DNA from: Gekko japonicus
Taxonomy: Eukaryota
Direction of reading: 5' to 3'
Length of the DNA: 64,000 nt
Assembly: GCF_001447785.1 (NCBI RefSeq)
Contig: NW_015165348.1
Coordinates: 1-64,000 of the forward strand
A program made the position numbers and the translations under genes. Of the stretch, positions 23,081 through 34,380 are shown one piece after another (position 1 is the stretch's first letter; every line of letters starts with the position of its first letter). The notes below the pieces were generated by a model. The model was given only the letters and a program-made list of their open reading frames with translations, had not been told where the DNA came from and searched no databases.

Positions 23081-23652
23081 CCTTAAAGGCTATCACATTT
23101 ATTGTGGCATAACCCCCTGTGAATCAGAGCCCACTTCATCAGATGCGCTGTTACATTCAGGTGAGCTGGGGCTGCACCCAAAAGGCAGCTATTCTCAGTG
23201 TTGAATTTGTAGTGGCAAATGGGGCATCCACACAATCAGCTGAGCAGCACTTTCCCTTCCCACCCCACTGCAACAGTCCTGCAACTTCCCTTGCCCATTC
23301 CTTTCCAAGTAACCTAAACATAAATGACATGCACCCTCCCCTTTATACAAGCTGGAGGAGTTTTTTTAATAATCCAAAAGCTTTAGAAATTAAGCACATT
23401 GATTAGATAATGTGAAGATAGTATACTTTTAAGACATGGGCTCCATGAACAATGGATTAATACTTGTTTTCAAAGTTATTTCATTAAATATGTGAATTAC
23501 CGTTATCTCTATAAATAATTTTTTAAAAAACATTGATTTAATATAGATTAGGAATTCTCAGTTTGTCCCTACCACTGTTAATAAATGTGGAGCAAAACTA
23601 GCAGTTCTGCTGATATGTTTCCTTCTCTTCTTTAATCCTGGTCAGGAAACAG

Positions 23653-23657
23653 TCAAG
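23653..23657 (-). CDS. ANKRD45: Candidate ANKRD45 terminal coding exon (gives ..ATPP*)
   Basis: - strand ttttgctccttctttcttttag|CTTGA is the strongest acceptor downstream of the 24519 donor. An alternative AG 20 nt further on gives a longer basic tail. Confidence 0.35.
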
Positions 23658-23715
23658 CTAAAAGAAAGAAGGAGCAAAACGATGTAGGTTTGCGGCAAAA
23701 TGAAAGGTTCATGGT

Positions 23716-23934
23716 TAAAGTTGCCAACTCCAGGTTGGCAAAGTCCTGGATGTTTGGGGGCGGAGCCTGTGGAGACCAGGATTTGAGGAGGAGAGAGACC
23801 TCAGCAGGGTATAATGCCATAGAGTCCATCCTCCGAAGTGGCCCTTTTCTCCAGGGGAATTGATCTTTGTAATCCGGACATCAGCTGTAATGCTAGGAGA
23901 TTCCCCAGCCCCGACCGGGGGGTTGGCTACCCTC
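23716..23934. mobile_element. hAT-like MITE, (T)AGGGTTGCCA TIR family, degraded
   Basis: GTTGCCAACTCCAGG..TTCTCCAGGGGAATTGATCT..GGTTGGCTACCCT. Shorter relative at 61985-62137. Confidence 0.6.
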
Positions 23935-24518
23935 TTCATGGTGGAAGGACTCAAAAGAAGCGACTAGTTTGCCTCGTTGAGCTCCTATAACTCCTATGAA
24001 TGTTCAAACATCAGCATCTCCTGGAATCCAGTAAAACAAGTACATGAAAACATGAGCTGTGTTCTAGAAAGAGTTCTGTGCTTCCCGTAGTGAGTGCCAG
24101 TGTCTCCATAAAGCCTGCCCTACAGTGTGGATGTTTGGGTACAAAAGCAAAATTTTAAACCACCTTCCAGGGAACTCCAGAGTTTCTTGGAATAGAAGAT
24201 TATTAAGGGATTCCTCAGGGAGAAGGTCAGTATTGGCAGACGAGCTTTCCTCAAAGAAGCTTCTCTGCCATCTCACTGTGCAATGTGCAACAGCAGAGGG
24301 CCTTGACTCTCTTGGGCATGCTCTAGAATTGCACTTCCTGTTCACACGGGAGGAATGGTGAGGCCATACTTCAGAAGCTCCTACAGTGGGCTGAGGTTTC
24401 ATATCCAATGCTAAGAGCGCATTCTTGATAGACTTTGTTAGCTAGGAATCGTTCCTTGAAAGTAATACATTTGAAAAAACACTGAGACAATAGCTTCTTC
24501 CAAACAGAAAGTACTCAC

Positions 24519-24657
24519 GGGGAGTAGCCAGTTTTGTAAAGATGGGGAGCATGATGTCCTCTAGCTGCTGCTTTTGATCCAGGAAGTCTTGCATGGTAGG
24601 TTCCTTAGTATTTTCAAGCCAGTCTGTCTTGGCCTGGCAGGCCTTGTGAGTTATGCT
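24519..24657 (-). CDS. ANKRD45: ANKRD45 coding exon 4
   Basis: gcag| SITHKACQAKTDWLENTKEPTMQDFLDQKQQLEDIMLPIFTKLATP |gtgagt. Matches human ACRAKNEWLE..QQLEDIVTPIFTK as recalled. 139 nt. Confidence 0.93.
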
Positions 24658-25134
24658 CTGCACAGACAACATCAGAGGAGAGAATGAGAGAGTGACGTCT
24701 ATACAATAAATTACAGTGTTGGCTTCATAGCCAGTCAGAATGTACGGGACAAAAGCATGAGGAGGTCCACACACTTCAGATTTTCCTGCAGTCTGCCTTG
24801 TACCTACCAGGGTCCTCAAAACTGAATCAGACCACTGGTCCATCTAGCTCAGCATTTAATTTAACTGGTAGTGGTTCTACAGGGTCGCAGGTGAGAAAGG
24901 CATTACCCAACATTTGCTACCTGAGATCCTTGTAACTGGAGATGGTAGAGATTGAACCTGGAACCTTCCATATGCAAAACATGTGCTCTTCGACTGAGCT
25001 ACAGCCCCTTCCCATTTAATAGACGACATCTAAAACAGAACTGCTCCATCAGTGCCCCAAAGGTCTCGTGAAACGTGGGGGTTCTCAAAAGTCAGCTTCT
25101 TGAAAATCCCTATAGTCCATATAATGCTCTAGGG

Positions 25135-25516
25135 CAGGGTGCCCAACATGGTGCTCACGGGGCCTGCCATGTGCTTCAGGAAAGTAGGTGAAGCCATTGT
25201 GAAGGTAGAACCAGTAAATGGATTTTTCACTTGGATCCTCCCCACTGGATACAGGAGCCTCTTAACAGGGCCCATAGGGTTGAGACCCATGGGTCCACCA
25301 TAAGGCAGTGGGAGCTAGGGAGCACCAGAGCAGTTCTCAAACCTCCTCCTGGTCTTTTCTCTATGTTCATGTTATCCCCCCCCCTTGCGGTTCTTATTCT
25401 GTGTTTATATGTGTGCTTGACTTCGCCTTCTGCGGCAGCTATTTTGTAGTATTGTTCACCATCCTGCCTCAAAATTCCAAACGTGCCCGCAGGCTCAAAA
25501 AGGTTGAGGGCCACTG
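25135..25516. mobile_element. hAT (Charlie-like) MITE
   Basis: CAGGGTGCCCAAC..AGGTTGAGGGCCACTG. Perfect 8-bp TSD CTCTAGGG. Confidence 0.8.
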
Positions 25517-26251
25517 CTCTAGGGCCACACTGTTTGGGGTTTAAAAGATCAAACCAGCACCTTGAATTCTGTCTGGAAGCTCACCAGTAACCTCCAGTGC
25601 TAGAAATAAGCACCCTGCAGATCATCTACATTCTTGGACCAGATGAAACTTCTGAACAGCAAAGAACAGCCCCTGTACACCATATTGCAATAATCACACC
25701 GTGAGGTTATAAATGTCAGATGACAGCCCTCTGTGTGCTGCTGACATACGGAGTGTTAATTTAGCACAACAGAGGACAATTTAAAGCCTCAAAGTCAGTT
25801 TTTTCTACCCTGGCCTGAAGATAAACTAATATGAAACCAAATTTTACATTTAAGTTGCATTTAATATGAAAACAGTATTAAAAACTATCCTGATTCCATT
25901 TACAATTTTACTTACTTTAATTTCTCCTGACCCTTTCCCATCCTAACCTTTTCTGAACGGAAAAATTCTAACCTCTGATGCATCCTTTTGATCCCCTTCT
26001 TTCCCACACATTGGATAGAATCCTACATCTTTTTCTACTTGTGCACTCCAGGTTGTGTGAGATTTCCATTTTTCCATTAGATTTTATGGCATGCATTGCC
26101 CAGCTTGACATAGTGACATTTATGTCATATACGGCCCTTGTAACAAATGAGTTTAACACCTCTGGCACAGACAGTGCATCAAAACAGAGAGAGAGAGAAA
26201 TTGCACAGGATATGTAAGAGGAGAAGTAGAGCAGGCAAGAGGGGTAGTGAG

Positions 26252-26649
26252 TGTAATGTATTCAATAGCTGCCATTGAATACATGATGTATGTGAAACAT
26301 CTAATTGACTTGCCATGTTGAGCTTCGTCCTGGGCTAGGATCCAAATCCATCCAATCGCATTGCTAGCCCAGGAAGCACCTAGCCAATCATCTTACAGCA
26401 AGCTCCCTGAGCGGGAACGTCCGTGATTGGTCCTTATATGAACAACCGTATTGGTTGGTATTTGTACAGTGGGTGTGGCTACATTAGCCGGGAGAGTTTA
26501 AAAGCAGGACAACTGCAATGTAAAAGCTGAACTGTTCTGTTCTGGCTATCAGATGTTGATCCGTGTTGGAGTTGTGTTCAAGTTGACGAATAAAGTTGTG
26601 TTCTTGCTGAATCACTCTCCGACTTCTTTGTTAAGCGATCGACTTAACA
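26252..26649 (+). mobile_element. Solo LTR, 398 bp (Copia/Gypsy type)
   Basis: TGTAA..TTAACA termini, 5-bp TSD GTGAG, several CCAAT/ATTGG boxes, TTTAAAAG at ~26497, AATAAA at 26589. Confidence 0.85.
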
Positions 26650-27759
26650 GTGAGTAGGTTCAATGGCCAAGTAGAAGGGTAAGGGGACTGGGGGGAAAAA
26701 CAGAAAATAAATTGGGAGGGAGGTGTGTGATGTCCAAGTGCTTTCTCAGCTCCCACCCACCCAGTTACACCTTCCAGCAGCAAAGTTGATTCTCGTTACA
26801 GCTTGGGTTACAAGTAGCCAGTAAGGTACTGCTAACAAATAACTGTGCAGGATTACGTGCTGCTTATATAATGGAAGCCTGGGGAGGTAGAATAGGAATA
26901 TGAGGTAATTTCTACTCCTCCCCCCCCTTCTTCTTCAGTGATTCACACTAACACCTTCCTTTCACAACACACAAAATAAGGTTATTGTCTTTTCTTTAGA
27001 AGGGCTCAGTGCTTGGTGGTTTGGTGAATAAGATAAGGAATGTAAAAAGTTATTGGTCATTCCAGCAGGGGGAAGCAGAACTCTGCTTTAAAATAGTTAT
27101 AGATACCAATAGAATACATATCTGAGTTCTTTTCCTTCACTAGGCAAAGCCTAACTACTTGACTATTCTCCTGGTAGTTTCCCCGTGTTTCTCTGTTGCT
27201 TCCCCAAGCCCTATCTAATGAGGGTTTTCCCACACATCTTATTTTTGTTGTTTGTGTGCCCATACTGCATCAGGGTTTTTTACACCGCTAGTGCTTGTGA
27301 ATAAACTGGCGACACTATAATGAAATATCAAAGCAACCACTAGAGGGAGCAAAACACATGCAGAAAAGGCAGGGAAATGACGCAATGCAGGCATACATGC
27401 AAGGAAATAACAGGAGAGGAAAAGCCCTGAGATGATAGGATTTTCCTCCACTTGACTCCCCCCCCCCCCGCGGTTTCCATAGCTTCTCATTGGCTGATGC
27501 TGCTTAGCATCTGCCTTCTCCCCCTCTAGGCAGGGATTTGCTGGGGGAAGAGCATAGGGGAAGCAAAAGGAAGCAGAGGAAGAGAATGAATGAACTTCTG
27601 GATAGTTTAAATGGGCAGAGCAGAGCAGATATAGAATTTACAAACAATTTTACTGAATATTCATTTCTGCAGTAAATCAACCAGGATCAGGAAGAATAAA
27701 ACAAAGTGAGTTCAATTATAAGGAATTTTAAAAAGGCCTCTGCTTCTGATCCTGTTGTA

Positions 27760-28570
27760 GTATCTTACACAGAGTACTACTGAATATTTCATAAAGGCTT
27801 CAATAGCTTTTTTCCTGGACACAGCTCTCACACATATAAATCCTTCATGAAGGCTGACAATTTCTTTGGCGAAATTACTGAAGAGGGAAATCTTAATTAT
27901 GGCCTTTGGATGGGTTGTTGTATCCCAGATCTGACCCAAGGACCTGTGAGCCCTCTCTAGAATAAGATCATAATCTTCTGGCAGGGACAGGCTGTCTCTT
28001 AAAATACACTGAACAAAGGCCACCATGTCTGTCCCTTCTAGGCATTCTCTGACCTCCATGAAGCGAATATTATTACAGCGGTTTCTGCTTTCTAGGTTTA
28101 AGAGTTTGCATTTTAAAGCTGTTACTTTAGACTGATGTTGTTAGATGGAAGCAGACGTAGAAACAGAAGAGTCTTCTAGGTCCGAGATCCTGCTATGGGC
28201 ATTTGTTAGCTGTTCAGCTGCCTGCTTCTCAGACAGCAGTCTCTCCTGCTGTCTCTCCTGCCTTTGGTGTCCTCGAGGTTTCCTCTTAAGAGGGCCGCAA
28301 TCAGTGGACCATCTGTGGCCACAGTAGGGAGCGCAACCTCATTGTTATGTTCAGCTGCAGCGGCCGTTTTGGATTTCGCCTGCGCAGCCGTCTTGCTGTG
28401 ACTTCTTGGACTGTTCAAGGACTGTCGCCTAATCTGCCCAAGAGCAAAATATACTCAATGGTGCTGTGTTGAATCCAGTAGAGATGAGGGCCAGATGTCA
28501 GTGGATTGGACCCGTACAGGCCTGGAGCTCACTCAGGTGTGCTGTGTACAGCTTGAAGGCTCCGCCCCAC
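27760..28570 (-). mobile_element. L1-clade LINE 5' fragment (5'UTR plus degraded ORF1)
   Basis: - strand LLNLESRNRCNNIRFMEVRECLEGTDMVAFVQ..LILERAHRSL matches the ORF1p motifs LENRSRRNNIR..ERAHR. Confidence 0.85.
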
Positions 28571-29136
28571 TCCCTATATTGTCTCACATTGTAAGCCATT
28601 TTATGCATTCTTCTAACACACCCTCTCAACAAAATAAACTCATGCAGCTCAGCACTGACAGGGCAGGAAACAAAACAAAAAGATAAATAGCTCTGAACCA
28701 TGGCTTGCCTTGGGTCATTTTGAAGTCCAAAGCATGGTTGGTGTAAATCATATTATACAGTAAAGTTATGGATAGACCTATATACATCAGCACATTCATA
28801 ATGTTTGGGGAACCTGGATGGCTCTCTTTCTAGCTCAAGGAAAAAACATTTACCGGTGGTCAGTCTGAGGAAGACATTGCTTCTTTGCTATTCTTCCAAA
28901 TTAGCCTGCCTATGAAGGCTGGATTTTGAAGGTTGAACTGTGACCACTGTGAGCAATTTCGGAATTTTCAGTGACCCCACAAAAATATATATACTTGGAG
29001 ATTATCCATCTCTTCTTTTATGTCTGCATAAAGTATGCCACTAAATCCTACTGCCTGGCACAGTTAACAGCCACATTAATTTCTATATATTAAAAGAAGA
29101 AAGTTTTTCACTGTTAACAGGCATTCTGTACTATAC

Positions 29137-29231
29137 CTTGTCTTCTTTATTAAGTCTTCCCTGAACCTTCTCAGGATCTGTAATTGTTGCCTGGATTTGG
29201 ACGATAAGCAGCCTTAAGTTTTGTTTGGCTT
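29137..29231 (-). CDS. ANKRD45: ANKRD45 coding exon 3
   Basis: tttcag| (E)AKQNLRLLIVQIQATITDPEKVQGRLNKEDK |gtatag. 95 nt, phase 1 to 0. Confidence 0.93.
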
Positions 29232-30027
29232 CTGAAAATAAAAGAGAGACAGAAAATAGCTGAAATATTTAGAAAAGTGACTGCGATAGCAATCCTAAAC
29301 AGGTCTAAACAGAAGTAAACCTAGTTTTATTCAATGGGGCTTATTCCTAGGACAGGGCTCTTAGGAGTGGACCATAAACAAACTCTATAGCAGAAAGCTA
29401 CAATAACGTACATCAGAGGTGGATTAAATTACCAGTTGGCTTTTGCCCATATGCACACATTTTTATAGAATAGTTGCTGCAGAGCAAGGTGAGTAAATAA
29501 TGATGTTGGGAACTGGTTGTGTGTAGCACTAAAATTTAGCATAAGCAACCTGGGAGAAAGGAAAAACTACCACAACCCCAGGAAAACCACAACAAAGAAA
29601 TCTAAGAACACAGGCTCTGGAGCAGAGGAAAGTTAAAGGACAAAAACAAGGTATAATCTTTCTGTCTAAGATTTAATATGTGCCATACATCTATTAAACT
29701 AATTGTTCAGTATATTTGGATACCTTTTATTTTTAAAATATTAGAGCTGTCCATCCTATTGTTCACTACCAAGTTAAAATCTCCACCCAGAATTACAGCA
29801 CCATCTACAAAGAGCTAAAGCATCCAACACTTTATAGAACACACTGTTTATTTTTGGAGTATATATATTAACTAATGTCATTCTCCGGTGTCCCAAAGTC
29901 CTTTTAATGCCTAAAATGCTCTGTATTTTTTTCCTGCCTTCTACATTACACTTTGCTTCTTGAGAAATGTCTTGCAGGCCTTAACGACATCACAGAAGAT
30001 TTCTTACGATGATCTGGAGCTTCTTTA

Positions 30028-30035
30028 TGACGTCA
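30028..30035. promoter_or_regulatory. Full CRE palindrome upstream of the TEX50-like gene
   Basis: TGACGTCA ends 214 nt upstream of ATG 30249. The CpG is retained in a CpG-poor intron. Confidence 0.55.
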
Positions 30036-30248
30036 CACAATCCTCCTTCAGTCAGTGGGCTCATGGCATTGCCTGCATTCAGGCCTCACCAGCGCTCAAG
30101 CTGGGAGCTTGTTCATAATGGAAGGATTTATTTGACTAGGATACCTTCAAGATAATCAGAATAGATTTCAAAAGGCCACTTGCAGCCGTACCTACCCAAG
30201 GACAACCAATGAACGGGAGATATTTCTTGCCGAAAAGTCATCGAAGCC

Positions 30249-30569
30249 ATGTTTCTGCGAAGCCCTTTGCAGGTTTTTCTCTTGTGGACTGCCCTCTTGT
30301 TCCAAGATGTTGTTGATGCCTGTGAACGGCCAGCTTGGACAAGAGTTGGTTGGGATATGACTCTGCAGGATCTGATGCAAATGTCTGAAGAACAATCCAA
30401 TGGCATACACAGCTCGGTGTGTCAGATCTGCCGCAAGTTTACCGGCATAGGGCTATCCAAAGAGTGCCTACAGGTTTTAAATGCAAGCTGTAAGATGGCA
30501 CTCTTTATAGCTGTGGTTTTATCTTTATTCTATCTTTTACCCAAACTGAAAATAGCAACAAGGAGAAAG
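30249..30569 (+). CDS. TEX50: TEX50-like exon 1 (signal peptide, Cys ectodomain, TM helix)
   Basis: gccATG. MFLRSPLQVFLLWTALLFQDVVDACERPAWTRVGWD.. resembles human CDGTVWTKVGWE as recalled. TM ALFIAVVLSLFYLL then KLKIATRRK. Donor AAG|gtaaga. Syntenic position inside ANKRD45. Confidence 0.85.
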
Positions 30570-31254
30570 GTAAGATGTATAGCGGTTGTGTAGTGAAGAA
30601 AACAGTCCACTCTCAGCTGGTCCATTTCACGGCACCTAACTTTCACTGGAGAGAAAACAATGTATGTGTTTTTTAAACTCTTCTGGTGCCTCATAGGATG
30701 GACCCTGCTGGGGTGGGGGTGGGGGTGGGGAGGAAACACTCTCAAAATAGGAATATGAATTTGAGACAGAGGCTAGAGCTGTTCTACCATGAGAATAAGC
30801 CCTGAGTAACATATATCTAGGACAGTGTGGGCATATCTACACTACAAATGTAGGTGGTTGTTATTCCTCCCAACCCCAAAGTATTCTGGTAATCATAGTT
30901 TTCCTGCACTTCTGAAAATTCTGTTAATCCTTTGCCAGGTCTTTTCATTTCCCTTAAAGAATTATGGGAATTATACTTTGATATTGAGAACTCTATTGGA
31001 ACTCTTGTTCTATCAGCAGAGCTCTATTGACAGTACTTTGGATCCAATCCAAAGAATAAAACAGTGAAAGCCCCTTCCTTCTTATCTGTGTGCCAGAAAA
31101 AAGCTTTGCTGACTTAATTACCACCGATCAAGCAACTGTTAAAAAAAACTAGTATAAAAAGGAACTCTGCTTAATCTCTCTGTTGAGTGTCCTTATTCTT
31201 GGGGGTGGTGGTGGAAGAGTTAACTCATTTTGCCTTTTTTTCTCTCCTGGTCAG

Positions 31255-31524
31255 GAAATGATCCAATCACCGGTACTTTCAGCCACTTTCAAAATGAGTC
31301 CTGAACACACCCACAACACAGAAAAGATGCTCTTCAGATTGGTGGCTAACACCTCCAAAATGATGAAGTACATGAAACACGTCGCCCATCATTACAGGAA
31401 AGAAATTAGACATCATAGACTGAGCAAAAAGAAAAAAGCCGAGGACATGGACGATGAACAGCTCTTCTCTGTTTGTTCCCACCATCACAGCTCCAGTGGG
31501 GACAGTGCCATGCATGGATTCTAA
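31255..31524 (+). CDS. TEX50: TEX50-like exon 2 (cytoplasmic tail)
   Basis: Polypyrimidine tract + tcag| EMIQSP..HNTEKMLFRLVANTSKMMKYMKHVAHHYRKEIRHHRLSKKKK..*. Resembles human [38 protein letters not shown]. Spliced 196 aa. ATTAAA at 31667 and 31719. Confidence 0.82.
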   Translation, partial: EMIQSPVLSATFKMSPEHTHNTEKMLFRLVANTSKMMKYMKHVAHHYRKEIRHHRLSKKKKAEDMDDEQLFSVCSHHHSSSGDSAMHGF

Positions 31525-31767
31525 ACAATAACGAATGAAAGGACTCTTGCTTCTTTGCATACAATCCTTGCAATGCTGCCCTTAAGCCAACCAACAGGAA
31601 GGTAGATGACAAAAGCCAGGAGGTGCTCAGCATGGTCCAAAATGGAAGGGGCATGAAAGAAGGGCAATTAAATTTTTTTAAAGTCAAGCCAAAGCAATTT
31701 GCATTTAAAATATCAATAATTAAAAGACTATATTTGGTGGACCCACCAGTAAAATGTGGCATGGCCT

Positions 31768-34380
31768 ATGTGTGTGTTAACTGCCGTCAAGTCGCTTCTG
31801 ACCTGTGGTGAACCTATGAATGAATGACCTCCAAAATGTCCTATCGTTAACAGCCTTGCTCAGGTCTTGCAGACTGAGGCCCCTGGGGCTTCCTTGACTG
31901 AATCGATCTATCTCATGTTGGGGCTTCCCTTTTTCATGCTGCCTTCAACTTTTCTTAGCATTATTGTCTTTTCCAGTGACTCTTGTCGTCTCATAATGTG
32001 ACCAAACTATAATAATGTGACCAAATATTTGTGTTGTTAGCAGCCCACAGTATCTGTAAAACTCTCCTCCAACACCACATTTCAAATTAATCAACATTCT
32101 TCTTGTCACCTTTCTTCAATGTTCAACTTTCATACCGATACATAGTAAAGGGGAATACTATGGCATGAATTATCTTAATCTTGGTCACCAGCAACACATC
32201 CTTATCCTTAAGAATCTTTTCTGGCTCCTTCATGGCTACCCTTTACAGTCTCAGTCTCCTTCTGGTTTCTTGGTTTCAGTCTCCCTTTTGGAAGATGATA
32301 GAGCCAAGAATATCTCAAATTGGTAATGTTCCTTCCCCCAATTTTCACTCCACCCTCATCTAAATCTAATCCAGCCTTCCTTACTGATAAAATTCATCCT
32401 TGTCTGACACTGTAGCACCTTTGACTTTGGAGGATTTAGAGATGAAGATCTCACTTTCCTCTACTTTTCTTATAACTGGGTTTCCGCTGGCACCAGAGGC
32501 CTCACCAACTCTGACTCTATCCCTCTTAATAAATCAACAGAGTGTTTATCTACTTCTGTTCTGGCAGTGGAGTGACAGACCGGGCAGCATGTAAGTAAGG
32601 TTAGAGGAATGATGCTAAAGATGCGTTTCTAAAATAGAGATACATTTTTAAACTAAATAAACAAGTGCTTTTTTTCTTCTTTTTCCCCTTGTACTGTATG
32701 GTGGATTTTTTTTATAGACAGATACTGTTCTAAAGTTTTGGTTAATGTTTTGCCAACTATTTCAGCTATGAAATACCTAGGGTAGTAGGTGAGCTGTAAG
32801 TTAGTCAATCCACTCAGAATTCTACTTCTCACTCACACACACACACCACAATTCACACAGCCTACTAGGATTTTGTTTTTGTGCACTTGGATGAGTTGCA
32901 TACTCAGGGACTCCGCTATATTCCACACAGGAACATATATTTTTCTACCAAACCAACAACTTCCTCAGACTTTTTCTCAAAACCTTTCTCTCACCCCACC
33001 TTTCCAAGAAACTCTTTTTTTCATCCTATCAGCAGTCTCTCTCTCCACAACCAATCAGCATGCACAATGCCAGCCCCTACCTCTTTCTTTTTTCTTTCCT
33101 CTAGGACTACAACTTTAGTAATATAACCACTGTACACGTAATTTACGAAAACATTGAATTATGAACTCATAAACACTCCAGAAGTCAATAATCACGATAG
33201 ACACCTTCGCCAATTGGAAACCATTCTGTTTCTCCATATTCTGTCCTAACAGTAGCCTCTTGTCCAGAGTGCAGGTTGTGCATCAAAACAATCAGATGTT
33301 GTGTCATACCCATTTCTTTTGAAAGCAGCTATAACTTTTCATGATCCACACAGTCAAAGGTTTTGCTGTAATCTATGAATCACAAGCTAATTTTCTTCTC
33401 AAATTCTCTTGTATGCTCCAGCAACTAACATAAAATTGCAATATGATCTCCAGTGCCTCTTCCATTTCTGAAACCAGCTTAACATCTGGAATTTCTCATT
33501 CCATATATGGTAAGAGTCTTTGTTGTAAGATGCAAGCATCACTTTACTCATGTGAGAAGTTAATGTGATGGTCTAATAGTTGCTGCAGTCTTTGACATCT
33601 TTTTTTGGAATTTGAATATAAATTGACTGTTCCCAGTATGTGGGCCATTGTTTTGTTTTCCATATTTATTGGCATATTCTTGTTAAGATCTTGATGGACC
33701 CTGTTTCTGTGGCTTAAAATAGTGCTACTGATATCCCATCTGTCTCTGGTGATTTGTTTCTCCCAAAAGCTCTCAATGCAGCTTTCACTTCACTTTCTAA
33801 AACTGTAGGTTCTTCAAAAATTTATTCTTGGGAGAAATCCTTTCATCTCTTCTGTATAGTTCTTCAGTGTATTGTTCCCATCTTTTCTTTATTTTGTCCT
33901 GTTCAGCTAATGTATTTCTATGTTGATCTTTCAGCATGCCTAACCAGGCTTTAAAGTTCACTTTGATTTCTTGGATTGCGTGGAACAGATCTTCCTTTTC
34001 CTGTTCTTCTCTTCTATTTCTTTACATTCATCATTGTAATAGTTCTCTTTGTAAGTGCAAGTCACTGGAATGCTGCATTTAGACTTCTGATTCCATTTCT
34101 GTCACCTTTTACTTTTGATTCTTATGAATCTTTAGCGATTTTAAGAGTTTCATCAGTCATCCATCAAGGCTTTTAATTTCATTTTGTTATAAGAATTGTG
34201 CATTCTTCCCTGATGATATCTTTGGTTTCAACCCATAGTTCTTCTGGATCACATTTATTTTAAATTAGTAACGCAAATCTGTTCTTCACATAGTCTTTAA
34301 ACTCTTCAAGAATGTTGTTTAGAATATATTTTAGCACTATGAATGTTTTGGTGTTTTTCTTCAGTGTTATTCTATTTTTC
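31768..34380 (-). mobile_element. Degraded RTE-clade LINE, interrupted at ~32330-33190
   Basis: - strand RT motif FIDYSKTFDCVDHEKL at ~33330-33380. RTE-type 3' end at 31768-32320. Many stops. Confidence 0.8.

Noticed and set aside
30570-31060. Intron-retained 114-aa TEX50 isoform using AATAAA at 31055
   Set aside because: Possible, but the donor AAG|gtaaga is strong and exon 2 looks conserved. No evidence without RNA data.
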